From assembly GCA_963838925.1 (NCBI GenBank), contig CAWISW010000001.1, positions 128,001 to 192,000 on the forward strand: DNA of 64,000 nucleotides. Direction: 5' to 3'. Positions 38,098-47,650 of the stretch are shown piece by piece. A program made the translations under genes and the position numbers. The notes beneath the pieces were generated by a model that did not search any database, was not told where the DNA came from, and saw only the letters and a program-made list of their open reading frames with translations. Within the stretch, counting starts at the first letter, position 1. Each line of letters opens with the position of its first letter. Source of the stretch: an uncultured Nitrososphaerota archaeon. GTDB taxonomy: Archaea; Thermoproteota; Nitrososphaeria; Nitrososphaerales; Gagatemarchaeaceae.

Positions 38098-40755
38098 TCA
38101 AATCACCGACTTCTCTTCGATGTCCTGTTGGGGCATGTTGGCGAACCTCTTCGACCGGTACCTCCTCATGAGGAAGCCCCCGACGACGATCGTTACGGCG
38201 ACGGCCGCGACCGCTCCATATGCGACGTAGGTCGTGTAGTCCACGCTCGTGGTAGTCTTCGTGGTCGTGACGGTTCCGCCGGCGCCGACGAGCTGGCTCG
38301 CAGTCTTCACCGTCGTTGGGACGGTGAAGGCAAAGACTTGGTTCGCGCTGAAGCCGTCCTTGTAATTCAATGTGAGCACGATGCTCGCGGAGGCGTTCGC
38401 GCCCGTCGAAGTGCGGCCTACGCCGAAGGTGCCTGCACCGCCTGGCACGAAGCTGCTGTTCCTCGAGAAGCTCCCCGTGAGCGTCCTGCTGGTGCTCACT
38501 GAGATGAAGGTGCTAGACGTGCTGGACGAGGCGGTCGTCGAAAATCCCGTCCCGTTCAGGCTGCTGGCCGCGGAGGTGGTGCTAGTGGTGGTCGTCGTGG
38601 AGGCCGTCGCGGCGATGTAGGGTATCGTGACGCTGAACGGGGCTGGCGTGTTGGGGTCGACCTCTCCTATGTAGACGGCCGTGCCCACGTTCGGCCCGAA
38701 AAGGCCGGTGAGAGAGGCGTAGTAGGCGGGAACTGTCCCTTCGTTGAGGATGGAGCCCGTCACCGTGAAGCCGGTGGTGGTCTGGGACACCAGAGTGTTC
38801 TGGAGGATCAGTATCACGGTGCCCTTGAGAGTGAACGAAAGCGGGAATGTCTGCGTGTGCGAGGCCCCGTTGGAGTCCGTGAAGGTCACCGTCAGCGTCC
38901 CGCTGTAGACGCCGATCGCCGCGCTAGGACCGCTGGTGAGGACCACGTCGAAGGTCGTGGCCTTGCCGGGGTCGAGCTGCGGTGCGGGGACGCTGGACCC
39001 CGTCGAGGCGACCACGATGGGCGAACCGACGTTAAGCGAGAAGGTCGGCGAATAGATCGAAGCGGTCCCCTGGTTGGTCAGCTGGAAGCCCGCGGGGTTC
39101 TGGGAACCCGCCGCCAAAGTGGAGTTCACCTGCACCACCGCGAGCGGGAAGCTAGCGGTCGTCGCAGGCGCCGCGATCGGAGGTGGGGAGAAGGAGGCGC
39201 TCTGAGTCAGCGTCACAGAGACTGACGTGATCCAAGAAAGCCCAAGAGAGAAGTTGTAGCTGCCTGGCTTCACACTGCTGGCAACGTCAAGGTTGAACGT
39301 GAGGCTGATGACTTGGTTTGCGGAGACGATAGCCGCAAAGGCAGTCGCCGTTGGGTGGCCGTTGAGGTCGGTTATTCCGGCTGGCATCGTGACGGTGCCC
39401 TTCAGGCTTGTGACTGATGTCGTCCCGAGATACTGCAGGGTGACGACTAGCGGACTGTTCTGTGTTCCGGGGAGGGGGGCGGTCGCGGTAGAGGACGTGC
39501 CCCAGGTCGCTCCTTCGACCAGGAACTGGGACTGCAGCGCGGGTATCGGGGGTGGGGTCAGGACCGCGGTCTGAGTGAGTCCGACCGACTGCGACGTGCT
39601 CCACTCAAGGTTCAGCGTGAAGTTGTAGCTCCCGGGCATCAACGAGCTCGCGAGGTTGACATAGAAAGTTAGCTGTATCGCCCCATACTGGTTCGTAGTC
39701 GCAGATGAGAAAGCGACTGCCGTGCTGCGTCCGTTTAGGTCGGTGATGCCCGCAGGCAACTGGACCGTCCCTTGGAAGCTCGTCACCGGGGTCGAGCCGA
39801 GATACTGCATGCTCACGACCAATGGCGTGTCTTGGGTTCCAGGGAGCGGTGAAGTCGTCGAACCCGCGCTCCCCCACTGGGATCCCTCGACCACGAACGA
39901 TGACGCGGGCTCGACCGTCGGAGAGGAGACCATGAAGCCGAGTGTCTGGGTGACGGTCTGGGTGTTCGAGTAGGCGTCGAGGTACTTCGCGGTCAAGGAC
40001 ATGGTTATCGCTGTCCCACTCAGTGAAGAAGGAACGAACAATTGCAGTACCTCCGTGGCGCTCCCTCCGGGTGCCAAGCCTGTCGTCATCGGCAATTGGT
40101 TCAGCAGAGTGACGCTCGAAGGCGCGCTAACTGTGGTCGAGACCGGACCCGAGGAAGCTGACCCTGAGTTGGAGATGGTGAGCGTCAAATTGTCCACCCC
40201 TCCAGCCGACAGGTGTGAAGACCCCGCTGCAAAGTTCAGTTGGACGGGACCGTAGAGCGCAATAGGTGCCGTGGCGAGCTCTGTTATTACGCTCGAGACC
40301 GAATTGTTGTCATACTGGATTACTACAGGAATGTAGTATGTAATGCCCGTAGTCGCACTCTGCTCCACGTTCATGTAAAATGTCTCTGTAAAGAGAGTGT
40401 TTGGGCTGACGTTCAGGGCGATGTTCTTGGGCTGCGTGACACCGTCTTGCCCAGTGAACGGAACAGGGTTCGAGGACGAAGCCAGGCTCAGCTCTATGCT
40501 CGCCTGGGGGGCGGTGCATGGCCCGGAGAAGAGCACAGTTATGGTAAGAGGCACGTTCTGGTCGCCGGGGTATACGCTCTGTGGAGACCCCGACACCCCC
40601 CAGATTGCTCCTATTACCGCGAATGGGTTGGTCTGGGACGTGCAAGAGGTGTCCGACGTAGAGCCACCGATTGCCGCAAATGCGGGGGATGCGTAGGCCG
40701 TCGCAGAAATGACCAGCAGGGCGAGCACGAAAGAGCCGGAGATGGGTTTCTTCAT
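38098..40755 (-). CDS. Large secreted, C-terminally membrane-anchored Ig-like/S-layer domain protein (COG1361-like)
   Basis: Signal peptide, beta-rich Ser/Thr repeats, Thr/Ser linker, C-terminal TM plus basic tail; lies between ABC ATPase and permease. Confidence 0.8.
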   Translation of the reverse strand: MKKPISGSFVLALLVISATAYASPAFAAIGGSTSDTSCTSQTNPFAVIGAIWGVSGSPQSVYPGDQNVPLTITVLFSGPCTAPQASIELSLASSSNPVPFTGQDGVTQPKNIALNVSPNTLFTETFYMNVEQSATTGITYYIPVVIQYDNNSVSSVITELATAPIALYGPVQLNFAAGSSHLSAGGVDNLTLTISNSGSASSGPVSTTVSAPSSVTLLNQLPMTTGLAPGGSATEVLQLFVPSSLSGTAITMSLTAKYLDAYSNTQTVTQTLGFMVSSPTVEPASSFVVEGSQWGSAGSTTSPLPGTQDTPLVVSMQYLGSTPVTSFQGTVQLPAGITDLNGRSTAVAFSSATTNQYGAIQLTFYVNLASSLMPGSYNFTLNLEWSTSQSVGLTQTAVLTPPPIPALQSQFLVEGATWGTSSTATAPLPGTQNSPLVVTLQYLGTTSVTSLKGTVTMPAGITDLNGHPTATAFAAIVSANQVISLTFNLDVASSVKPGSYNFSLGLSWITSVSVTLTQSASFSPPPIAAPATTASFPLAVVQVNSTLAAGSQNPAGFQLTNQGTASIYSPTFSLNVGSPIVVASTGSSVPAPQLDPGKATTFDVVLTSGPSAAIGVYSGTLTVTFTDSNGASHTQTFPLSFTLKGTVILILQNTLVSQTTTGFTVTGSILNEGTVPAYYASLTGLFGPNVGTAVYIGEVDPNTPAPFSVTIPYIAATASTTTTTSTTSAASSLNGTGFSTTASSSTSSTFISVSTSRTLTGSFSRNSSFVPGGAGTFGVGRTSTGANASASIVLTLNYKDGFSANQVFAFTVPTTVKTASQLVGAGGTVTTTKTTTSVDYTTYVAYGAVAAVAVTIVVGGFLMRRYRSKRFANMPQQDIEEKSVI
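39154..39897 (-). repeat. Tandem internal domain duplication (2 x about 124 aa)
   Basis: FxVEGxxWG..PLPGTQxxPLVVxxQYLG..PAGITDLNG..PGSYNF repeated at 372-bp spacing. Confidence 0.85.
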
Positions 40756-41499
40756 CTACTTCAGCTCGTTGTTCCTAATCTCCACGATAGAGCCGTCGCG
40801 TATCGATATCACCCGCTGCGCGTGGGCGGCGACCTCAGGGTTGTGCGTGATTATCACGAGCGTCTTCCCGAACTCCCGGTTAAGCTGCTTCATCAGTCCC
40901 ATCATCATCTCGGTGTTCCTCGTGTCGAGGTTCCCGGTGGGCTCGTCGGCGAGCACGATCTTCGGGTCGTTGGCAAGGGCGCGCGCGACGGCGACCCTCT
41001 GGCGTTCCCCTCCGCTGATGTTGTTCACGTTCTTGTCCGCCTTGTGCGCGATGCCGAGCCTCCCGAGGAGCGCTAGAGCGCGTTTCCTGCTGAAGGCAGG
41101 GTCTGCGCCGGCGATGAATAGGGGGAGCTCCACGTTCTCGACCACTGACATCCGCGAGAGGAGGTTGAAGTCTTGGAACACGAATCCGAGCTTCCTGCTC
41201 CTGACCAGGGCGAGTTCCTTGTTCCCCAGCTTCGAGATGTCTATGCCGTCGATGTAGACCTTCCCGGAGGTCGGCCGATCCAGCGCTCCCAGGATGTTGA
41301 GGAGGGTGGTCTTCCCGCACCCCGAGGGGCCGATTATCGCGATGAACTCGCCCTTGTCAATCGAAAAGTCCAAGCCCCGAAGCGCGAAGACCGCGTCCTC
41401 CCCTGTGCCGTACCTCTTCTTGAGGCCCGCGACCTTTATCGCGTGCTCCTCCACGGGCGGGGGGACGGGAACCTGGACTGCCGATGCGGAGGCGCTCAT
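40756..41499 (-). CDS. ABC transporter ATP-binding protein (LolD/MacB type)
   Basis: GPSGCGKTT, SGGERQRVA, LADEPTGNLD, ITH. Confidence 0.93.
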   Translation of the reverse strand: MSASASAVQVPVPPPVEEHAIKVAGLKKRYGTGEDAVFALRGLDFSIDKGEFIAIIGPSGCGKTTLLNILGALDRPTSGKVYIDGIDISKLGNKELALVRSRKLGFVFQDFNLLSRMSVVENVELPLFIAGADPAFSRKRALALLGRLGIAHKADKNVNNISGGERQRVAVARALANDPKIVLADEPTGNLDTRNTEMMMGLMKQLNREFGKTLVIITHNPEVAAHAQRVISIRDGSIVEIRNNELK

Positions 41500-41822
41500 G
41501 GCTTCTTCTCCTCCGGTTTCGCGGCGGCCGGGGGCGGGGCGCTGGGGTTGAGGGCCTCGAGCTCGCTGTGGGCGGCCGACAGGCCTGGCACCGCGCCGAC
41601 GTCCGTGAAGAGAGAGAAGACCTCGAGGACCAGCCCCACGCCAATCAGCCCGATGCCGACGATGGACTCGTAGGTTGACGTGTTGTCCGTGCTTCCGAAG
41701 CTGTTCAGGAGGCTCGTGTTCGTCGATCCCGTCGTGACTACGCTGTATAGGTCGCTGGAGGGCAGCAACATCAGTAGGCCAGCAAGGATGAGGAGCGCGC
41801 TAAGGACTACCAACCGCCGCAA
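41496..41822 (-). CDS. Small two-TM membrane protein
   Basis: Two hydrophobic helices; 4-bp overlap with the ABC ATPase. Confidence 0.7.
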   Translation of the reverse strand: MRRLVVLSALLILAGLLMLLPSSDLYSVVTTGSTNTSLLNSFGSTDNTSTYESIVGIGLIGVGLVLEVFSLFTDVGAVPGLSAAHSELEALNPSAPPPAAAKPEEKKP

Positions 41823-42018
41823 ACGAATCAGACTCCAGCCCTTACGGTCGAGTTATAGCGGTTTTCCTGAATGGTTCCGGAATCCATACAGAATCTGCCC
41901 CGTCTCCTGACTTCCTCGTTCTTAACCGCTATGAATTACAAATAGAGTGGGCGTATTTGAGATAAAATGCAACTGCTGCTAACCTGCGGCGCCCGATGCA
42001 GATCGTCCGAACTACAGC

Positions 42019-42043
42019 ATGATGCCCTTAAATCTATGATGCC
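42019..42043. promoter_or_regulatory. Antitoxin promoter with direct-repeat operator
   Basis: ATGATGCC at 42019 and 42036 flanking TTAAAT. Confidence 0.55.
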
Positions 42044-42055
42044 GATGGTTGAAGA

Positions 42056-42310
42056 ATGGCAAAGATGGGCGACGTCGCCACAATCACGAGCAAGAGCATG
42101 GTGACCATACCCTCCAGAATAAGGAGAAAGTACGGTCTGCATCAAGGAAGCAAGGTGGCGTTTGTGGAGATTGAGGAAGGCATCTTTTTCGTTCCTGTAA
42201 ACACGCTTGGAGAATTGAGGGGCGCTGCGGGCACGGACTCCAGTCTCTTGTTCGAAGCGGTTAGAGAACTGGAGAGAGAACACAGAGAAGAAGCGCGAAA
42301 GGATGGATGA
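42056..42310 (+). CDS. Orphan AbrB-family antitoxin
   Basis: TITSKSMVTIPSRIRRKYGL..GSKVAF; the overlapping ORF MDEKVVI stops after 15 codons. Confidence 0.85.
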   Translation: MAKMGDVATITSKSMVTIPSRIRRKYGLHQGSKVAFVEIEEGIFFVPVNTLGELRGAAGTDSSLLFEAVRELEREHREEARKDG

Positions 42311-42502
42311 GAAGGTAGTGATTGTTTCAAAAGGCATTAATGACTGCTGACCTTTCCTGAGCTCATCTCGGCCTGAGCTAAGGATTGGACGCACCACCCA
42401 GGATTAGGGCTTTGGTTTCACTAGGAGGCAGGGTTGTGAGGTCGAGCCCCTCCTAAGTCGGCGATACCTTAAGAACCGAGGCGGCCGCCTTTCGACGCAG
42501 CA

Positions 42503-43546
42503 ATGAAGGTGGCGATCCTGACCAGGGACTACCCTCCGGCCATAGGCGGGATAGCCACGCACGTGGAGGGGCTCGTGGACGCCCTGAGGCGGATGGGCGT
42601 CGAGGCTGACCTCTACGTGGGCTCCAACGACGTCAAGACCCTCTTCCTCCCCTTCGACATCCCCGTCAAGGAGTACGACGTGGTCCACGTCCAGAGCCTC
42701 CCCTACGGCGCCTTCGTCTTCGGGGCGCCGCTCGTCGTCACAGTCCACTCCCCGGTCCTCGAGGAGTTCGCCCACTACAGGAACGCCTTGAAGGTGGCAT
42801 CCATCCCGGCCATCGCCCTTGAGAAGGTCTCCCTGTCCAGGGCCAGCGCTGTGCTCGCCGTGAGCGAGCAGAGCAGGGCCGACCTCGTCGAGAAGTACGG
42901 GCTGGAGGAGGGGAGAGTGGAGGTGATCGGGAACGGCGTGGACTGTGAGCGCTTCTCGGGGCGGAGGGATTCGGCGACCTCGTCATCTCTGAGGAAGGTG
43001 CTAGTGGTGTCGAGGCTGGAGCCGCGCAAGAACGTCAAGGAGGCGATTGAAGTGGTCGTCAAGCTTCCGAGGGGCAGCTGCCGCCTCGAGATCGCTGGGG
43101 ACGGTTCCGAGAAGTCTGCTCTGATGGAACTCACGAGGAGCTTGGGGGCCGAAGATGTCGTACACTTCCATGGACGAGTCAGCGCAAGCGCGCTCCCGGA
43201 GCTCTACGGGGACTCCTCTATCTTCCTAACCACGAGCAGCTCCGAGGGGTTCGGGCTCTCCTTGCTCGAGGCCATGTCCTCAGGCTTGGCTTGCGTGGCG
43301 TCGGACCTCCCAACCCATAGGGCGTTGATTGAGCACGGGGTCAGCGGCCTGATTTACTCTAGCAGAGCAGAGCTGGTCTCGTGTCTCGAGGAGATACTCT
43401 CGTCGCCGGAGAAAGCAGAAAGGCTCGGGGAGGCCGCGCGGCAGGTTGCTGGCGGCCACAGGTGGGAGAAGGTTGCCGAGAAAGTGGCCGGGGCGTACGA
43501 AAGCGTGGTTCGGAACTCGGCGAAATCCTCACTGCGAGTTAAATAG
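42503..43546 (+). CDS. Glycosyltransferase family 4
   Basis: YPPAIGG, VIGNGVD, SRLEPRKN, EGFGLSLLEAMSSG. Confidence 0.92.
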   Translation: MKVAILTRDYPPAIGGIATHVEGLVDALRRMGVEADLYVGSNDVKTLFLPFDIPVKEYDVVHVQSLPYGAFVFGAPLVVTVHSPVLEEFAHYRNALKVASIPAIALEKVSLSRASAVLAVSEQSRADLVEKYGLEEGRVEVIGNGVDCERFSGRRDSATSSSLRKVLVVSRLEPRKNVKEAIEVVVKLPRGSCRLEIAGDGSEKSALMELTRSLGAEDVVHFHGRVSASALPELYGDSSIFLTTSSSEGFGLSLLEAMSSGLACVASDLPTHRALIEHGVSGLIYSSRAELVSCLEEILSSPEKAERLGEAARQVAGGHRWEKVAEKVAGAYESVVRNSAKSSLRVK

Positions 43547-43574
43547 GAACCAGAACTCTCTGGACCGCAGCGTC

Positions 43575-43754
43575 TTGCCTTCAAGAGCTTCAGAGAAGGC
43601 CCCCGAGTGGGTCGAAGCATACCTACTCCCTAGAATCGAATCTATCTTCCGCTCAATCCTGAAGCAGGAGCTTTCCCATCTTGAGAAGGCAATGAACGCG
43701 AGATTCGACGCGCTCGATAAGAAGCTAGGCGTCGAACTTGAGAAGCTTGAGTGA
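43575..43754 (+). CDS. Short (possibly truncated) coiled-coil protein, paralog of 59248..59619
   Basis: EKAPEWVEAYLLPRI..NARFDALDKKL vs EKVPGWLGRVLLPQI..HARIDGLDAKI. Confidence 0.55.
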   Translation: MPSRASEKAPEWVEAYLLPRIESIFRSILKQELSHLEKAMNARFDALDKKLGVELEKLE

Positions 43755-43759
43755 AAAGA

Positions 43760-44152
43760 TCACCAGCGTATGACGCGGATGCCCTTCATCTCTGAGAAGT
43801 GCTCGTCTCTTGAAATCAGGGTCTCCCTGTTTTCAGCCACAATTCCCGCTATCAAGACGTCGAACTCGCCCGACAACTTACCCTTCCTCCTTAGGTCGGC
43901 ATAGATGTCCGCTCCAAGTGTGCAGCTCTCGTTGGTCAGCGGCAAGACCCTCAGCCCTTCGATTAGCGTTCTCACGCTCTCCGTGTTCCTTGCCGAATCC
44001 GATGAGATGAGCGCCCCCTTTAGGAGCTCGTACGCGGTGATCGCCGTTGTAGTCGGAATCCTCTTTTCATCCTCGAGGAGTCGCAGGACTTCTGCGGCCT
44101 TCCCATCTCCTCTGAGGAAACCTATTAGGAGGTCGGTGTCTAGGCAGACCAA
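43760..44152 (-). CDS. vapC: PIN-domain VapC toxin
   Basis: CLDTDLLI, TAITAYEL, FDVLIAG, ISRDEHF; TTG start just after the antitoxin stop. Confidence 0.9.
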   Translation of the reverse strand: MVCLDTDLLIGFLRGDGKAAEVLRLLEDEKRIPTTTAITAYELLKGALISSDSARNTESVRTLIEGLRVLPLTNESCTLGADIYADLRRKGKLSGEFDVLIAGIVAENRETLISRDEHFSEMKGIRVIRW

Positions 44153-44153
44153 C

Positions 44154-44381
44154 TCAGAGCCGTAGCTCCCTGCCCTTCGTGTTCTCTCTTTCCGCCGCCA
44201 GCATCCGGCCAATACTCTCCAAGTCGTCTCCCGACCATGCCCCCTTCAGTGCAAGCAGCGAGGGCCCCCGCTTGTCCCCGGTGAGTCTCACCACAACATC
44301 GGAGAAGGACTCGCCCTCTCCCTTTCGCTGCTTCAGCCTCCGGTACGCATCCTCAGATAGTGATATCACCTTCGTCATCAT
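44154..44381 (-). CDS. vapB: VapB-type antitoxin (DUF217/COG1753-like)
   Basis: TKVISLSEDAYRRLK..K.EGESFSDVV.RL. Confidence 0.88.
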   Translation of the reverse strand: MMTKVISLSEDAYRRLKQRKGEGESFSDVVVRLTGDKRGPSLLALKGAWSGDDLESIGRMLAAERENTKGRELRL

Positions 44382-44386
44382 ATATG

Positions 44387-44396
44387 TGCATATGCA
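44387..44396. promoter_or_regulatory. Palindromic TA operator
   Basis: TGCATATGCA between a TTTTATA box and the vapB start. Confidence 0.5.
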
Positions 44397-44512
44397 TGCA
44401 CCTATAAAAGCGCAACGGCAGGCATCAATCTGATTGTGTTTCTAGTCGCTTGCTTGCGCTTTGTTCATGCTTTAATGGCCGGAGATGCGAAGGCCCTCAA
44501 GACCGAGGAAGA

Positions 44513-45541
44513 TTGCCAAAGACATTCCTTCTCTGCTGGGCTCCGTTCGGGTTCAGATTGGATGAACTCGCGCAAGTCGTGGGAGCCGAGCGCGCCAGCA
44601 TTACTGTGCTCTACGGCCCGCGCTACTTTGCCCCGATCCGTTACCTCGCGCTGTTCTTCCGGACGCTGGTTCTTCTAGCACAGAGGCGGCCTGACGTCGT
44701 CTACGCCCAGAACCCCCCTGTCTTCTGCCCTCTGACTTGCCTGCTCTATTGCCGCCTGACGGGCGCGAGGCTCGTGCTCGACCACCACTCGATATGGAGC
44801 GTCAAGACCCTGGGAGGGAGAAGCCCCCTCTCGCGCGGGATTGCCTTCCTCGAGCGCGTCGTCTCACGCGCCGCCGACGCCAACACGACCCCTCACAGCC
44901 TCTGGGCGCGGATGCTGGTGAAGATGGGGGCGAGGGACGTCCTGGTGTACCACGACTACGTCCCCAAGAACCAGCGCCGGCCTGACGAGGCGTTGAAGCG
45001 AGAGATGGCCGAGGGTCCCCTCCTCGCAATCGCGTCCCACGGGGGCCACCCCCTCGAGAGGCTGGAGGTCGAGGCAGCGGCTGTTGGAAAGGAGAGGGAG
45101 GACGGGGTCTCGCTCGTGATCAGCGGCCCAAAGGAGAAGCTGGAGAGGAGGTTCGCCTCGATGGCCCTGCCGCCAAACGTGAAGTACGCTGGGTTCCTCG
45201 ACAGGGAGGTGTACGAGTCGCTGAAGGCGTCCGCCGACTTCGCCCTCAACATCACCGACGAGCCGTACACGCTCTCCCACGTGCTCTTCGAGTTTGCCGC
45301 AAGCTCGCTCCCCATCGTCTCGTCGAGGCAGGAGGTCGTGGAGGAGCTCTTCGGCGACTCCCTCCTCTACGCGGACTCTACCGTCGAGGACGTAGCGGAG
45401 AAGGTCAGGCAGCTCTGCTCCGGGCCCGCTAGGGCGGAGTGGGCCGCGAGGGTGAGGCAGAAGCAGGACGAGCTGACGTCGTTGAACACGAAGGAGGTTT
45501 CCGAATTGAAGCGCCTTGTCTCGGGGAGTGAGCTGCAGTGA
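44513..45541 (+). CDS. GT-B glycosyltransferase (GT4-like)
   Basis: RPDVVYAQNPP, LDHH, YAGFL, EFAASSLPIV; probable TTG start at 44513. Confidence 0.75.
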   Translation: MPKTFLLCWAPFGFRLDELAQVVGAERASITVLYGPRYFAPIRYLALFFRTLVLLAQRRPDVVYAQNPPVFCPLTCLLYCRLTGARLVLDHHSIWSVKTLGGRSPLSRGIAFLERVVSRAADANTTPHSLWARMLVKMGARDVLVYHDYVPKNQRRPDEALKREMAEGPLLAIASHGGHPLERLEVEAAAVGKEREDGVSLVISGPKEKLERRFASMALPPNVKYAGFLDREVYESLKASADFALNITDEPYTLSHVLFEFAASSLPIVSSRQEVVEELFGDSLLYADSTVEDVAEKVRQLCSGPARAEWAARVRQKQDELTSLNTKEVSELKRLVSGSELQ

Positions 45542-45550
45542 TTCCGGTGC

Positions 45551-47050
45551 TTACGCGAAGCTCTCCTTGAGCGCCTTGAGTATGAACTCCCTGAGGGTCT
45601 TGTCGAGCGCGAGGACGAAAGCCCCGTACGCGCAGACCCCGACAGTGCTAACGACGACGAGCTCGAAGGCGAGGAAGAACGTGCCCCCGCCATAGACGAT
45701 GAAGCGCTGGAGCATGTAGAGCACGACGGCCATTATCGCCGCCCCCACCACGTACAGCTCTATCGAGCGGGGGATGACGAGCCTCCCAACCCTGCGGACG
45801 CGCCTCGCCTTCACGAGTATGAAGAAGGCGAACACGGACAACTGCGCTAACGCCCAGACGTCGAGCGTGGTGGCGATGGGGACGCTGTATGCGATCCCGC
45901 CCGCGACTGTGAGGAGCACCGCCCCGAGGTACACCGCTGTCAGGGCGATGTTCACCTTCGCGACGAACAGGATGCTGCTCTTGAGATAGTCGCTGAACTT
46001 CGCGTCCTCGTTCACGTCGACCCTGTCCTTCCCCAGGAGGATGGTGTCAAACACCGCGGAGACCGTGTTGACCAGCGCCGCAAGGGCAAGGACGCCCAGC
46101 GCTACGCTCGCGTCGAGGTACTCCGGGTTGAGTAGGTGGAGTATGGGAGCAGCAAGGACCGCGGCCCCCACCGCCATCGGGATCCCGAAGGCCAACGCGA
46201 GGTCGAGGGTCATCGCGGTCACCTCGTCGCTCCCGCCCTTGAGGAGGAGGGGATACATCGCGGAGGCGAGGTAGAACGAGTACCCGGCGAGTCCGGCGAC
46301 CGAGAACGCCGCCTGGTAGTGCCCGACGAGGACAGTGTCGCCCGCTGCGAGCGAGGCGATGTACGTGTCCGCGAGGCCGAGGTAGAGCGGGAGCGTGGTC
46401 AGCATCGGCAGCCAGGAGTGAGCCAGCCACTTCCTCCCCTGCTCGAGGCTGATGGGGCTGGAGGTCGCGTCGCCCGCTAGCGCTGCTGAGGCTATCGACT
46501 GGGCGAGGTTCGCCACCATGACCGCGAGTATCACTCCGTCTATCCCCACCTTGAACACTATCAGGAGCGGGTAGCCGACCGCGAGCTTGGCGACCTCGGA
46601 GAATATCACGGCGTAGCCCAGCACCACCGGCCTGTGGCCGGCGACCACCGAGTTCGCGGCCTGGTTGAAGTAGGCAACCGGCACCAGGAGCACCGCGAAG
46701 AGGAGCGTCGCGAGGTTGGCCGAGGGGATCCTCGACGCGCTGAAGTAGGAGAGCCCGAAGTAGATGGCCACGCCGAGCGCGCTGAGGGCGACGTTGAGGA
46801 CGAGGGCCGTCTTCCCGAGGAGCTTCCCGCGCGCGATGTCCCTCGTCGCCCAGAAGGCGGCCAGGCCGGCGGGATAGGCGGCGAACGCGATGATGTCGGT
46901 GATGACCTCGTAAAGCCCGAACTGCTGGACCGAGAGGGAGCGCGTCATCATCACGAGGAAGATCAGACCGGTGAAGATGCTCGCGATCCGGGCGCCGAAG
47001 ACGACCAACCCCGTCTTCCTAAGTGAGATTTGTGAGCTCAAGCCTTTCAC
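45551..47050 (-). CDS. Polysaccharide/oligosaccharide flippase-like membrane protein
   Basis: About 14 TM helices, TRSLSVQQFG, VGHYQAAF (MOP/Wzx pattern). Confidence 0.78.
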   Translation of the reverse strand: MKGLSSQISLRKTGLVVFGARIASIFTGLIFLVMMTRSLSVQQFGLYEVITDIIAFAAYPAGLAAFWATRDIARGKLLGKTALVLNVALSALGVAIYFGLSYFSASRIPSANLATLLFAVLLVPVAYFNQAANSVVAGHRPVVLGYAVIFSEVAKLAVGYPLLIVFKVGIDGVILAVMVANLAQSIASAALAGDATSSPISLEQGRKWLAHSWLPMLTTLPLYLGLADTYIASLAAGDTVLVGHYQAAFSVAGLAGYSFYLASAMYPLLLKGGSDEVTAMTLDLALAFGIPMAVGAAVLAAPILHLLNPEYLDASVALGVLALAALVNTVSAVFDTILLGKDRVDVNEDAKFSDYLKSSILFVAKVNIALTAVYLGAVLLTVAGGIAYSVPIATTLDVWALAQLSVFAFFILVKARRVRRVGRLVIPRSIELYVVGAAIMAVVLYMLQRFIVYGGGTFFLAFELVVVSTVGVCAYGAFVLALDKTLREFILKALKESFA

Positions 47051-47087
47051 TGGATCCGAGAGTTCAGCCCTTGCTGGCGCAGGGCTT

Positions 47088-47336
47088 TCAGTCTTGCCTT
47101 GATGCTCGCGGCCTGTTTCCGACGCGAACTAGTGAGCCTGAATTGCCCCGCCTCATTCTCGCGATGGTCGCCTTAATCGACCGGCCTTCCTGGGGTGTCA
47201 GTGCCCCGGCCAAGTCGAGAATCGCAGTCCGCTGAATCATTCTCTCAATCAAATCGGTAAAGCTCTCTCCTGGCTTCTTTAGCGCCTCCAGTCTCCTGTA
47301 TGCTTCGTCTGAGATGGCAACGCTCTTAGTCCCCAT
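47088..47336 (-). CDS. vapB: Orphan VapB-type antitoxin
   Basis: TKSVAISDEAYRRLEALKKPGESFTDLIERM, homologous to 44154..44381; no toxin downstream. Confidence 0.8.
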   Translation of the reverse strand: MGTKSVAISDEAYRRLEALKKPGESFTDLIERMIQRTAILDLAGALTPQEGRSIKATIARMRRGNSGSLVRVGNRPRASRQD

Positions 47337-47408
47337 GGCCTCTTGCGCTTGCATCTACAGTCGGAATAAGGCTTCCCTTGACAGTTCAGCAGTTTTTATA
47401 TATGGCCT

Positions 47409-47431
47409 TGTCATACATAAATTGTATGACA
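47409..47431. promoter_or_regulatory. Inverted-repeat operator over the antitoxin start
   Basis: TGTCATACA-N5-TGTATGACA overlapping ATG 47426, just after TTTTTATATA. Confidence 0.7.
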
Positions 47432-47650
47432 GAGCTTGTCAGCGTGAGAGTGGACAAGGAAACGAAGGAGCTTATCAGCAAACTCGGAATCAATGTCAGT
47501 GAGACGGTGAGGAAAGCCCTCCAAGACGAGATTAAGAGGAGAAGGGAGGAAGAACTCTCTCAAGGCTTGAAGAAGGCAAAGCTGATTCTCAGCAAGGTCT
47601 CCGACCGGGATATCATCAGAGCGGTGAGAGAGACACGGGATCAAAGGTGA
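47426..47650 (+). CDS. RHH antitoxin (CcdA/VapB-like)
   Basis: VSVRVDKETKE...LGINVSETVRKAL; overlaps the toxin start. Confidence 0.85.
   Translation: MTELVSVRVDKETKELISKLGINVSETVRKALQDEIKRRREEELSQGLKKAKLILSKVSDRDIIRAVRETRDQR

Noticed and set aside
41855-41932. 9-bp inverted repeat ATAGCGGTT/AACCGCTAT as a MITE
   Set aside because: Short, single occurrence, no target duplication; compatible with chance
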